Of a stretch of 64,000 nt of DNA, positions 1 to 8,961 are shown piece after piece; the stretch's first letter is position 1, and every line of letters begins with the position of its first letter. The stretch is from an uncultured Gemmataceae bacterium (GTDB taxonomy: Bacteria; Planctomycetota; Planctomycetia; Gemmatales; Gemmataceae), in contig CAVVPN010000003.1 in NCBI GenBank assembly GCA_963750165.1, forward strand, positions 864,001-928,000, read 5' to 3'. The notes below the pieces were generated by a model, which was given only the letters and a program-made list of their open reading frames with translations, had not been told where the DNA came from and ran no database searches. The position numbers and the translations under genes were made by a program.

Positions 1-1134
1 GAGACCAAGTGCCCGCCGACGGTGTGGTACAAGGATCTGAAGGACCCCGAGCAGTTCGTCGATGACTCCTGCCAGCTGTTCCTGGGCGTGCGCATGGCGT
101 GTGCCCAGTGCCACCACCATCCGTATGAGAAGTGGAGCCAGGACGACTACTGGGGCATGGCCGCGTTCTTCGGTCGCGTCGCCCGCAAGGTAGCGCCGCA
201 GCCCGGCGTGGTCGTGCAGGGCCAGCAGAACCAGCGTCAGGTGATCTACATCAAATCGACCGGTAACGTGAAGAACAAGCGCACTGGCAAGACCGCGATC
301 ATGAAAGCGCTGGACGGCCCGGCGCTGGAGGTTGATGCCGGCGAGGATCCGCGGCACAAGCTGGTCGATTGGATGACGGCGCGGGACAATCCGTTCTTCG
401 CCCGCTCCGTGGTGAACCGCTACTGGGCGCATTTCTTCGGCCGCGGCATCGTCGATCCCCTGGACGACATGCGCGTGACCAACCCGCCGTCGAACCCCGA
501 ACTGCTGGACGCGCTGGCAAAGGACTTCATCGAGCACGACTTCAGCCTGAAGCACCTGGTCAAGATGCTGTGCAAGAGCCGGACGTACCAGCTCAGCGCT
601 CAGCCGAACGAGTTCAACAAGCACGACAAGCGTGCCTACGCTCGCTACTATCCGCGGCGCATGGGCGCAGAGGTGCTGTTTGATGCGGTGAGCCAGGTGA
701 CCGGCAGCCCCGCGACGTTCCAGGGCCTGCCCAACGACAAGCATTCGCCGAGCCGGGCGATCATGCTGCCGGACGAGTCGTTCACGTCGTACTTCCTGGA
801 CGTGTTCGGCCGGCCGCAGCGCATCAGCGCCTGCGAGTGCGAGCGTGTCAGCGAGGCCAATTTGGCCCAGGCGCTGCACCTGCTCAACTCGCAGGAGATT
901 CAGGACAAGATCGCCCGCACCGGCGGCCGCGCCGAGCAACTGGCGAAGGACAAGCGGCCTGACACGGAGAAGGTCGAGGAGCTGTTCCTGTGGGCGCTGG
1001 CTCGGCGGCCCACGCAGGCCCAGATGCGGCTGGCGCTGGACAACATCCAGATGCACGCCGCCAACAAGCGGCTCGCGTATGAGAACATCATCTGGGCGCT
1101 GATGAACACCAAGGAGTTCATCTTCAACCAGTGA
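1..1134 (+). CDS. DUF1549/DUF1553 (PSD1/PSCyt2) planctomycete domain protein, 5'-partial
   Basis: LFLGVRMACAQCHHHPYEKWSQDDYWGMAAFF and NPFFARSVVNRYWAHFFGRGIVDPLDD...NPPSNPELLDALA motifs; the frame is open from base 1. Confidence 0.92.
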   Translation, partial: ETKCPPTVWYKDLKDPEQFVDDSCQLFLGVRMACAQCHHHPYEKWSQDDYWGMAAFFGRVARKVAPQPGVVVQGQQNQRQVIYIKSTGNVKNKRTGKTAIMKALDGPALEVDAGEDPRHKLVDWMTARDNPFFARSVVNRYWAHFFGRGIVDPLDDMRVTNPPSNPELLDALAKDFIEHDFSLKHLVKMLCKSRTYQLSAQPNEFNKHDKRAYARYYPRRMGAEVLFDAVSQVTGSPATFQGLPNDKHSPSRAIMLPDESFTSYFLDVFGRPQRISACECERVSEANLAQALHLLNSQEIQDKIARTGGRAEQLAKDKRPDTEKVEELFLWALARRPTQAQMRLALDNIQMHAANKRLAYENIIWALMNTKEFIFNQ

Positions 1135-1143
1135 CTTTGATGT

Positions 1144-1219
1144 CTACCGCTTGCGGCTTAGCGCACTGCGACCCTTCTAACGCTGGCTGGGTTGCAGCGC
1201 GCTAAGCCGCAAGCGGCAG
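1144..1219. repeat. REP-like palindrome family B (CCGCTTGCGGCTTAGCG...CGCTAAGCCGCAAGCGG)
   Basis: Long inverted repeat just after a stop codon; related copies at 40477-40526, half copies at 37851-37865 and 43067-43084. Confidence 0.8.
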
Positions 1220-1301
1220 AAAGCAACTTGACGCCCTCACCATCTCCGTGAACAATAAACGAAGTCTCCATCATCCCCCACCCTCAGCGGAGGTTTACGC
1301 G

Positions 1302-1964
1302 ATGAAGCGCCTGCTTGCGGTCGCCCTGCTGGCCCTGGCCGCCGTGGCCCCGGCCCGTGCCACCGAGATCACCGGCCAGTACGTCGAGGCCCGCACCTGT
1401 GATGTCTGGACCGGGCCGTGCTTTGCCAACGCCGACTTCAACCTGGCCGGCAAGAACGCCGTCATGGCCTGGCGCGTCGAGAAGGGCAGTCTGAATAATG
1501 TCAAACTGGACGGCCTGAGCGTCGTCGCCGTCATCCGCGCCAGCAACACCCTCGGCCTGGAACAGGAGGCCCCCGCCCAGGTGGTGCTGATCGTCGATAG
1601 CAAGGCCACCACCGAGCAGCAGGCAGCCCTGGTCGCGCTGGCGAAGCAGCAGGGCGGCAAACTGTTCGGCAAGGTGGTGGCGGTGCAGGCGGCGCCGATC
1701 AACCTGACGGTCTGCGCCTGCAAGGGCGAGACCTGTGCCGAGTTGAAGGCCGGCGCCGCCCGTGTCAAGACGCGCTGCCTGGACCACGAGCACGACAAGG
1801 CGTGCGGCAACGAGACCGCCTTTTATCCGCCGCTGGCGCAGGGCGTCCACCACGCTCGTCCGGGCGCCGCGGTCGAGAACGTTTGGAGCGGCAACGGCCT
1901 GGGCATGACCTGGGGCGACTACGACCGCCGCGGCGCTTACGTCGGCACCTTCTCGGTGCGCTGA
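1302..1964 (+). CDS. DUF1326-like secreted Cys-rich protein
   Basis: ATG at 1302 after GGAGG; signal peptide; ITGQYVEARTCDVWTGPCFAN, LDGLSVVAV and CGNE..FYPPL motifs. Confidence 0.75.
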   Translation: MKRLLAVALLALAAVAPARATEITGQYVEARTCDVWTGPCFANADFNLAGKNAVMAWRVEKGSLNNVKLDGLSVVAVIRASNTLGLEQEAPAQVVLIVDSKATTEQQAALVALAKQQGGKLFGKVVAVQAAPINLTVCACKGETCAELKAGAARVKTRCLDHEHDKACGNETAFYPPLAQGVHHARPGAAVENVWSGNGLGMTWGDYDRRGAYVGTFSVR

Positions 1965-2073
1965 GGCACTGCCATTGCTTGACGGTGACTTACCGGCTCA
2001 TTCGACAGACGGGAACGGGAATCGCGCAGCGCGCGGCGCTGGTGGTTCCCGTTTTTCTTGGGAGAGACATATC

Positions 2074-2754
2074 ATGATCCGCATTCTCTGCGCCGTGTCC
2101 GTTGCGGCGCTGCTGCTGGGCGCCACGCTGACACCCGCCCAGGACGGCAAGTTCAGCATCAAGGCCGAGAAGACCGCGCCGCCCGGCGAACTCAAACCGG
2201 ACCTCGCCAAGCTGCTCGGCGACAACGCGGTGCAGTTCCTGGACCCCAAGGGCGGTCTGATCTGCACGCTCTGGTTCCGCAAGGAAGTGCCCGCCGACGC
2301 CACCGCCGAGCAGGTCAAGAACGGCCTGACCTATGGCGAACTGAAGGAGACGACGTTCCTGGCCGCGGTGAAGTTCGAGCAGCCGTGGACGGACTACCGC
2401 AAGCAGAAGATCAAGCCAGGCGTCTACACCATGCGCTTCGGCGTGCAGCCGATGGACGGCGATCACATGGGCGCGTCGCCGGAGAAGAATTTCTTGCTGC
2501 TGGTGGCGGCGGACCAGGACACGAGCCCGGCGCCGATGGAGCCGAAGATGCTGATTGAGAAGAGCATGAAAAGCATTGGCACAGGACACCCGGGGGTGCT
2601 GATGCTGTTCGAGAACAGCAAGCCGGCCGCGGCGCCGCAGCTGGTCACCAAGCTGGGCAACCATCAGGTGCTGAATTTTCGCGAAAATGTCAGCGCCGCC
2701 GGGCAGAAGGCGGCCATTGGCGTCGGGCTGACGCTGGTGGGGCACGCGGAGTGA
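2074..2754 (+). CDS. Secreted hypothetical protein (DYRKQKIKPGVYTMRFGVQPMDGDHMG family)
   Basis: ATG at 2074 after GGAGAG; signal peptide; high-GC3 codon pattern; directly follows the DUF1326-like gene. Confidence 0.75.
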   Translation: MIRILCAVSVAALLLGATLTPAQDGKFSIKAEKTAPPGELKPDLAKLLGDNAVQFLDPKGGLICTLWFRKEVPADATAEQVKNGLTYGELKETTFLAAVKFEQPWTDYRKQKIKPGVYTMRFGVQPMDGDHMGASPEKNFLLLVAADQDTSPAPMEPKMLIEKSMKSIGTGHPGVLMLFENSKPAAAPQLVTKLGNHQVLNFRENVSAAGQKAAIGVGLTLVGHAE

Positions 2755-2764
2755 ACGGATGAAA

Positions 2765-2815
2765 CGCGAGCCCCGGATGAGTGCGCTTGCGCTCGCCCGG
2801 GGCTCGCGGTATAAT
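2765..2815 (+). promoter_or_regulatory. Sigma-70-like promoter (TTGCGC-17-TATAAT) embedded in an inverted repeat
   Basis: TTGCGC 2787-2792, TATAAT 2810-2815; arms CGCGAGCCCCGG (2765-2776) and CCGGGGCTCGCG (2797-2808). Confidence 0.6.
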
Positions 2816-2860
2816 GCCTCCTGCTGAATCGCCCGCACACCCATCAAGGGAGGCAGTAAC

Positions 2861-3973
2861 GTGGCCGCCAAGTTGACCAGCCTACGACTTGCCGGGTGGA
2901 AATCGATCCGGGACGCAACGATTGATTTCCGACCGCTTAATGTCCTCATCGGGGCGAACGGGGCTGGGAAGTCGAACCTCGTTAGCTTTTTCAAATTGAT
3001 GAGCGAGATGATGGCGGGTCGGTTCCAGGAATACATCGGTACGACTGGCGGGGCCGAGGCACTTCTCTATTTCGGATCCAAGCAAACATCTGTTCTCAAA
3101 GCCGATTTCCGGTTTGCCGCCGAGCAAGGGCAAATAAATTACCTGCTGCGCTGGGTGCCAGCGGCCGGAAACACCCTCCTGTTCGCGGAAGAAAAGTTGG
3201 AGATGGAGTCGGGTAGTATTAATTACTCCAATTTTAATGAAGTGGGGGGGCACCGTGAAACATGTATGCGTGAGTGGGGTGTGGATGACACTGATAAACC
3301 TACCGAAAAATTCCTTCATAAGTGGTTGACTCGTTGCCGAGTGTTCCACTTCCACGACACATCGCTTTTGGGGCCCATGCGACGGGATTGCTTTCTTGAT
3401 GCCAATCGCTACTTGTACCCGGACGGCGGTAATCTGCCGGCCATGCTGTACCTGTACCGCGAACGCTTTACCCCTGCCTATAACCGCATCGTCGCGGGGG
3501 TGCGAGCGGTTGCCCCATTTTTCGATGATTTCGTCCTTGAGCCACTCCGTTTGAACCCGAAAAACGTCGCCCTGCACTGGCGGGCGAAGGGTTCCGACTA
3601 CGACTTCGGCGCGCACCAATTGTCGGACGGCACACTGCGGGCCATTGCCCTGTTCACGCTTCTGCTTCAGCCGGAAGAAGACCTGCCGGAAATGATCATC
3701 CTGGACGAACCGGAATTAGGGTTGCACCCCACAGCCCTGGCCATCTTAGCCGACCTGTTGAAATCGACCTCCCGGCACAGCCAGTTGCTAGTCGCCACGC
3801 AATCGGCCCTGCTGCTCGACCATTTCGAGCCCGAAGACATCATCACCGTCAACCTTCGCGACGGTGCCTCCACGTTCGAGCGGCTGGACTCCGAGCGCTT
3901 GAAGGATTGGCTGGAGGATTACACGCTCAGCGACCTCTGGGAGCGCAACGTGATCGGGGGAGGGCCGTACTGA
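2861..3973 (+). CDS. ABC/SMC-like ATPase (AAA_21-type)
   Basis: Walker A GANGAGKSN, signature QLSDGTLR, Walker B IILDEPELGLHP, switch ATQS; GTG start after GGGAGG. Confidence 0.9.
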   Translation: MAAKLTSLRLAGWKSIRDATIDFRPLNVLIGANGAGKSNLVSFFKLMSEMMAGRFQEYIGTTGGAEALLYFGSKQTSVLKADFRFAAEQGQINYLLRWVPAAGNTLLFAEEKLEMESGSINYSNFNEVGGHRETCMREWGVDDTDKPTEKFLHKWLTRCRVFHFHDTSLLGPMRRDCFLDANRYLYPDGGNLPAMLYLYRERFTPAYNRIVAGVRAVAPFFDDFVLEPLRLNPKNVALHWRAKGSDYDFGAHQLSDGTLRAIALFTLLLQPEEDLPEMIILDEPELGLHPTALAILADLLKSTSRHSQLLVATQSALLLDHFEPEDIITVNLRDGASTFERLDSERLKDWLEDYTLSDLWERNVIGGGPY

Positions 3974-4698
3974 TGATACGGCTCTATTTCTACGTCGAAG
4001 GCCAAACGGAACAGGAGTACGTCAAGCGCGTGTTGCAGCCACATCTGGCAGCCCACGGCGTCCAGGTGATGGGGGCAGTCCTGGCGGCCAGTGGGCGGAA
4101 ACACGGTCTCGTTTCCCGCGGCGGTGGCAATCGTTACCAACCCATGCGCAAAGACCTGGGGAATTTGCTCCGGCAGGACGCCGCCACGGAAGTGCGCTTC
4201 ACCACCATGTTTGACCTGTACGCCCTTGGCCGGACGTACAAGGGGTTTCCCGGTTGGGACGAGGCCGAAAAGCAACGACAGCTTCCCCGCGAACGGGTGC
4301 TGGCGCTGGAGAAAGCGTTCGGGGACGATGTGGGCGATTTCCGGTTCATCCCGCACATTCAGCTGTTTGAATTCGAGACCATTCTGCTGTGCGAGCCAGG
4401 GCATTTCACCCTGGTGTACGACAAGGCTGACGCGGGCATTGCCGCTCTCCAGGCGGCGGTCGCCGAGGCCACATCACCGGAACTGGTCAACGACGGTGAA
4501 CTGACCGCACCGTCGAAGCGGATCAGTGAGCACTTTCCGGACTACCGCGGCCAGAAGACCACCGTCGGGGCCGAGCTTGCGCATTGCGTGGGGATCGACC
4601 TGACGCGCCGCCTGTGTCTGCACTTCGACCAGTGGCTCAGGCAACTGGAAGCGCTCGGAACCCCACTGGCGGCGCCCCAGCCACCTGAGCCGCCCTGA
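3973..4698 (+). CDS. DUF4276 family (TOPRIM-like) protein
   Basis: TGATG stop/start overlap with the ATPase; FYVEGQTEQEYV, TTMFDLY, FIPHIQLFEFE, PELVNDG..TAPSKRI and CLHFDQWL motifs. Confidence 0.85.
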   Translation: MIRLYFYVEGQTEQEYVKRVLQPHLAAHGVQVMGAVLAASGRKHGLVSRGGGNRYQPMRKDLGNLLRQDAATEVRFTTMFDLYALGRTYKGFPGWDEAEKQRQLPRERVLALEKAFGDDVGDFRFIPHIQLFEFETILLCEPGHFTLVYDKADAGIAALQAAVAEATSPELVNDGELTAPSKRISEHFPDYRGQKTTVGAELAHCVGIDLTRRLCLHFDQWLRQLEALGTPLAAPQPPEPP

Positions 4699-4833
4699 GA
4701 ATGGACTCGGTGTTACCGTGGCTTGAGATACTGCCCGCGTAGGCCCTGGCTCTGGACCGTCAGATACGGGGCGTCTGGCCGCAGCTGCCGGGCCACGTAC
4801 AGGATCTGTCCGACGTGCTCCGCACACCGGCGC

Positions 4834-5851
4834 TCAGACGCCCAGCGCCTTCAGGTACGTCCCCGCCAGCGCCAGAATTATCACCACCATGACCACCATG
4901 TAAATCAGCCACACCAGCCCGACCAGCGCCCGCGTCAGTTCCTTCATGCGCCGCGCGGCCTCGTCGTGTTGCTGTTCGGCCTGGTGGCGCATCGACTCCG
5001 GCACCCGGCCCGCTTCCTCCGCGACCGCCACCACCGCCAGGAAGTTCGCCGGAAACAGCCCAGGCACCGACAGCGCCAGCGTCAGGCTGTCGCCGCGCTT
5101 GACCACCGCCACCGCCTCGTCGGCCCGGGACGCGAAGGCCGCGTTGCCGGTCGCCGCCAAACTTTGCCGCAGCGCCTTGCCGACCGCCAGCCCCGCCCCC
5201 AACGTCAGCGACAGCGCCAGCGCGAACCGTCCCAGCGCCAGCGCCCGCACGCACGGCCCCACCGCCGGCAGTCGCAGCAGCAGCCGTTGCAGCGCCGCCG
5301 TCTCGCCCAGCCAGCGATTCGCCAGCACGTACAGCAGCACGACGCCCGCCGCGCCGCCGAAGTTCAGCGCCACGAACAGCAGCGCTCCGGGCACGCCGCC
5401 CAGGCCGAACACCTTCGGCCCCGGGGCGGCCGCCCCGCGCAGCGCGTCCAGCACCACCAGCACCAGGGCGAAGATCAGCACCGCCACCACCCAGATCAGC
5501 AGCGGCCCAAGCGTCTGCGCCGGAAGTGGCGCGTCAACTTCTGCTGCAACTGGTAGTAGTTTTGCAATTCCTCGAACACCTCCGGCAGCCGGCCAGTCTG
5601 CTCGCCGACCGCCACCAGCGCGAGGAACAATGGCGGCAGCACGGCCCGCTCGTCTCGGAGAGCATCTTCCAGGTTGTCGCCGCGCTCCAGGCGCGCGGCG
5701 ACGCGCCCGGCCAGCGGCTGCACCGCCGCGGAGCCGCGCTCCGCCTGCTGACGGAACACCTTCGTCAACGGCACACCGGCGTCAATGCTATGCCGCAACA
5801 TGTGACAGAGGCCAGCCAGCGGGCCAGCCCCCAAGCGCCGGAAAACAACAT
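4834..5851 (-). CDS. Type II secretion system F / PilC family protein, two apparent frameshifts (~5840, ~5520)
   Basis: Two T2SSF repeats: LRHSIDAGVPL...LERGDNLEDAL...VGEQTGRLPE and LSLTLGAGLAV...GDSLTLAL...AEEAGRVPESM; split over ORFs 5496-6302 and 4834-5490; ATG at 5851. Confidence 0.8.
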
Positions 5852-5949
5852 GCGCCCATTCCTCCCCGAGAACACCCTGGTCCTTCAATCCTACCCGGCT
5901 TTTGTGTAACCTGTCACCTGTTACCCGTAACCCGTTCTGGAGCCGATCC

Positions 5950-7488
5950 ATGTCCGAACCTCTCCGCCATGTGCCCGCGGACGCCGTCGTCACCGGCTGG
6001 GACTTCAGCACCGGCGCCGTCAAGTGCCTGGCCTTCGACCTCGACGGCAACACCCTCGCCCAGGTCCGCCTGCCCACCGACCTGTGGACACAGCCAGCCA
6101 ACGTCTCGGAACTGAACCTGATGCAGCTCGAAGGCCAGGCGTACGCCAGCACGCGCGCCATCATCCGCCAGCTGCGCGAACTGCGCCGGCTCGACGCCTG
6201 GCGGGCCGGCGGCATCTCCGCGACGCACCACACCGCCGGCCGCATCGACCACGACGCCAACCAGGTCCGTCGCGCCATCTGCTGGAACGACCAGAGCCTC
6301 ATCCCCTACCACGCCCAGGGGCTGCAGCGCCTCGGCGGCCAGGCGCGGGCCATCGAACTGACCGGCGGGCCGTGGGCCATCCGCTACTCGCTCAGCCATC
6401 TCGTCAAGGACGAGGTTGAGTTAGCCGAAGCGGACTGGCGACGAACGCACCGCATCGCGCAGCACGGCGTCCTGGCGGCAGGATACTTGACGGGCAACTT
6501 CGACGTGGTCAGCGTCTCCGCGGCGGCGTCCACCGGCATCATGGATTTGCGCACCAATCAATGGCGGCGCGAAATGCTCGAAGCGCTGGCAACACCGGAA
6601 TTGCGCGAACTGGCCTGGCAACAGCTGCCGCGCATCGTCGATCAATTCGAGCCCGTCGGCCAGCTGCGGGGCGTCGGCGAGTCGCCACGGCCGTGGATCT
6701 TCCCGACCAGCGACGATCAGCAGGCGGGCCTGGTCGGCGGCGGTGCCGTCGATGAGGGGCAGATGGCGATTGTCCTCGGCAACTCGGCAGTGGTCAACTC
6801 GTCGTCGAATCGGCTGCCGGCGACAGATCGGCTCGACGTGATGAAGTTGAACTGGGGCCCGTTCCTGTGGATGCGCTGCTACAACAACGGGGCGCAGTTC
6901 CTCGACCCCATCGTCGGCCCGAATCCGCCGTGGGACCAGCTGGAGGCGGAAGCGCGGGCGTGTGCCGCGGACGGCGGCGTGCAGGTGCTGCCGTTCCAGC
7001 ACCCGGAGCCGTCGCTCGGTGTGATGCAGTCGCAGGTGCGCTGGCTGCCGCGCGAGCCGGAGCAGCGCGGCCAGAAATTCCGGGCGGCGCTGGAGGCGCT
7101 GGCGTACCTGATTGCGCTGGGCGTGCGGGCGCACGAGGAGGCGGGGCAGCGTATCCACCGCGTCACGGTGTCCGGCGGCATCGCCCGCAGCGGCCTGATG
7201 TGCGAGATTCTGGCGACCGTGCTGGACCGGCCGCTGCTGCGGCTGCGCTCCGACGAGGGGCCGGCACTGGGCGCCGCGGTGACGGCGCTGGCGGCGCTGG
7301 AGACACGACTGCGGCGGGAGCACGGCAGTGCGCAACGGTTCGGCGTGGCGGACGCGGTGGCGCTGCTGGTCAAGTTCCGTGATGAGATCAAGCCGAACCC
7401 GGCCTGGCGCGGCGTATCAGCAGGGATTGCAGGCGTTCGCCGAACGGCTGCCGCGCGGGTGAACGCGCTTACCGGCGTTCGCCCGTAA
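5950..7488 (+). CDS. FGGY-family carbohydrate kinase (xylulokinase-like); true stop probably 7462 after an indel near 7410
   Basis: GWDFSTGAVKC, AICWND, DDQQAG, LGNSAV, VSGGIARS and EGPALGAA motifs. Confidence 0.88.
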   Translation: MSEPLRHVPADAVVTGWDFSTGAVKCLAFDLDGNTLAQVRLPTDLWTQPANVSELNLMQLEGQAYASTRAIIRQLRELRRLDAWRAGGISATHHTAGRIDHDANQVRRAICWNDQSLIPYHAQGLQRLGGQARAIELTGGPWAIRYSLSHLVKDEVELAEADWRRTHRIAQHGVLAAGYLTGNFDVVSVSAAASTGIMDLRTNQWRREMLEALATPELRELAWQQLPRIVDQFEPVGQLRGVGESPRPWIFPTSDDQQAGLVGGGAVDEGQMAIVLGNSAVVNSSSNRLPATDRLDVMKLNWGPFLWMRCYNNGAQFLDPIVGPNPPWDQLEAEARACAADGGVQVLPFQHPEPSLGVMQSQVRWLPREPEQRGQKFRAALEALAYLIALGVRAHEEAGQRIHRVTVSGGIARSGLMCEILATVLDRPLLRLRSDEGPALGAAVTALAALETRLRREHGSAQRFGVADAVALLVKFRDEIKPNPAWRGVSAGIAGVRRTAAARVNALTGVRP

Positions 7489-7843
7489 CATCCTTGAGTT
7501 GTGCTTTGAGCTTGCGGTGCGCCGCGGTGCGGCCCCTGGCGAGCTTGAGCACGTCGCCGAAGGTGAGCCCCGGATCGGGGAAGGGCAGCCGGTCGAGGGC
7601 CTGCGTCAGGGTGCCGTGCAGCCGATAGGTGGACTCCACCAGTTCCACGCGGATGCCCACCTCGCGGAGCAGTTCCAGGTAGCGGTAGAAGCTGCGGACG
7701 GTCAACTCGAGTTTGGCGCACAGGACATCGCGCGGCTGCGGACGTTGACCGAGCAGTTTTACCAGTCGGTACAGGCGTGCGGCGCGGTTGGCGGTGACGC
7801 CGTGGGGGCCGCGCTCGACGGGGCTGCTACGTTTCCTGGCCAT
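7469..7843 (-). CDS. Small winged-HTH protein resembling the N-terminal HTH of WYL/PafB regulators
   Basis: RAARLYRLVKLL...LCAKLELTVRSFYRYLELLREVGI; 124 aa, no WYL domain. Confidence 0.7.
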   Translation of the reverse strand: MARKRSSPVERGPHGVTANRAARLYRLVKLLGQRPQPRDVLCAKLELTVRSFYRYLELLREVGIRVELVESTYRLHGTLTQALDRLPFPDPGLTFGDVLKLARGRTAAHRKLKAQLKDVTGERR

Positions 7844-8016
7844 GATTCCCCAATTCTACGTCATCCACCGTCCCAGCGACCACGGCTGGCGAAGCGTCGC
7901 AGTTTCCATGCCCTTTGGCCCCCTTGCTAAAATGCGCCAGGCGCAGAACCTTGCGGGCGATTTTTGTTCCCGACAGTTTGTGTAATTTGCCCAGTTTGTC
8001 AAGAGAGGCATCTCCC

Positions 8017-8704
8017 ATGCAGCCCCTGGATTACCTGGTGGTTTGTGCACACCCGGACGACGCGGAACTCGGCGTCGGCGGCACGCTGGCATTGCTCAAG
8101 CGCAGGGGGCGCGAGTGGGCGTCCTGGACCTGACGGACGGTGAGCCGACGCCGCTGGGCAGTCGCGAAATCCGGCGCGCGAAACCGCCGCCGCCACGGCA
8201 GTGCTGGGGCTGGACTGGCGCGGCAACCTGGGGCTGCCCAACCGCGAGCTGACCGCGGACCTGGAGAGCCGGCGGCAGTTGGCCGTGGCGTTCCGGGAAC
8301 TGCGGCCGCGCTGCGTGCTGGCCCACTACTGGGAGGACGCCCACCCCGACCACGTGGCCGCCAGCGCCCTGACCGACGCGGCCCGCTTCTGGGCCAAGCT
8401 GACCAAAACAGACATGGCCGGCGAGCCATTTTACCCGCCGCGCTTCCTGTATTTCTTTAGCGTCCATCTGCGCATTCATCCGAAACCGTCGTTCGTGGTG
8501 GACGTGAGCGCCCACCACGAGACGAAACTGCGGGCGCTGGCGTGCTACCACTCGCAGCTGGTGCAGGGCCGGTCGCCACCGACGCCGCTGGACCAGTTGC
8601 GCGACCGGGCGCGGTACTGGGGCTGGGCCATCGGCGCGGACTACGGCGAGCCGTTCGTGAGCCGCGAGGAGGTGGGGCTGCGCGGACTGCGCGATCTGGT
8701 GTGA
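8017..8704 (+). CDS. bshB1: PIG-L family deacetylase, BshB1-like; two apparent frameshifts (~8100, ~8175)
   Basis: AHPDDAELGVGGT, LDLTDGEPTP, DAHPDH, SFVVDVS and ACYHSQ motifs spread over three frames. Confidence 0.8.
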
Positions 8705-8961
8705 AGCGCAGGCGGGAACGGCTCAGGAACTCACCGGACAGCTCCCTGCCTGGTGACCAATGCCGGGCCGCCCGATTCACGACGCCACCTGCTTCAGCCG
8801 CCGCACCGCCGCCGCCGCGTCCTCGGTCAGCCGATGACCCGCCGCCCCGACCGCCAGCGCTGCCAGAGTGACGCGGTGGCAAAACCTGGTGTCCGATTTA
8901 GCGGCAAAACTTTGTGTCCGCTGACAGGATGAAGCGCCTTCGGCGTAAATGCAACAGGACT

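Noticed and set aside
8777..8870. Short minus-strand peptide LAALAVGAAGHRLTEDAAAAVRRLK resembling tails of planctomycete WD40/HEAT proteins
   Set aside because: About 30 codons with no start or upstream body; at most a remnant and too weak to call
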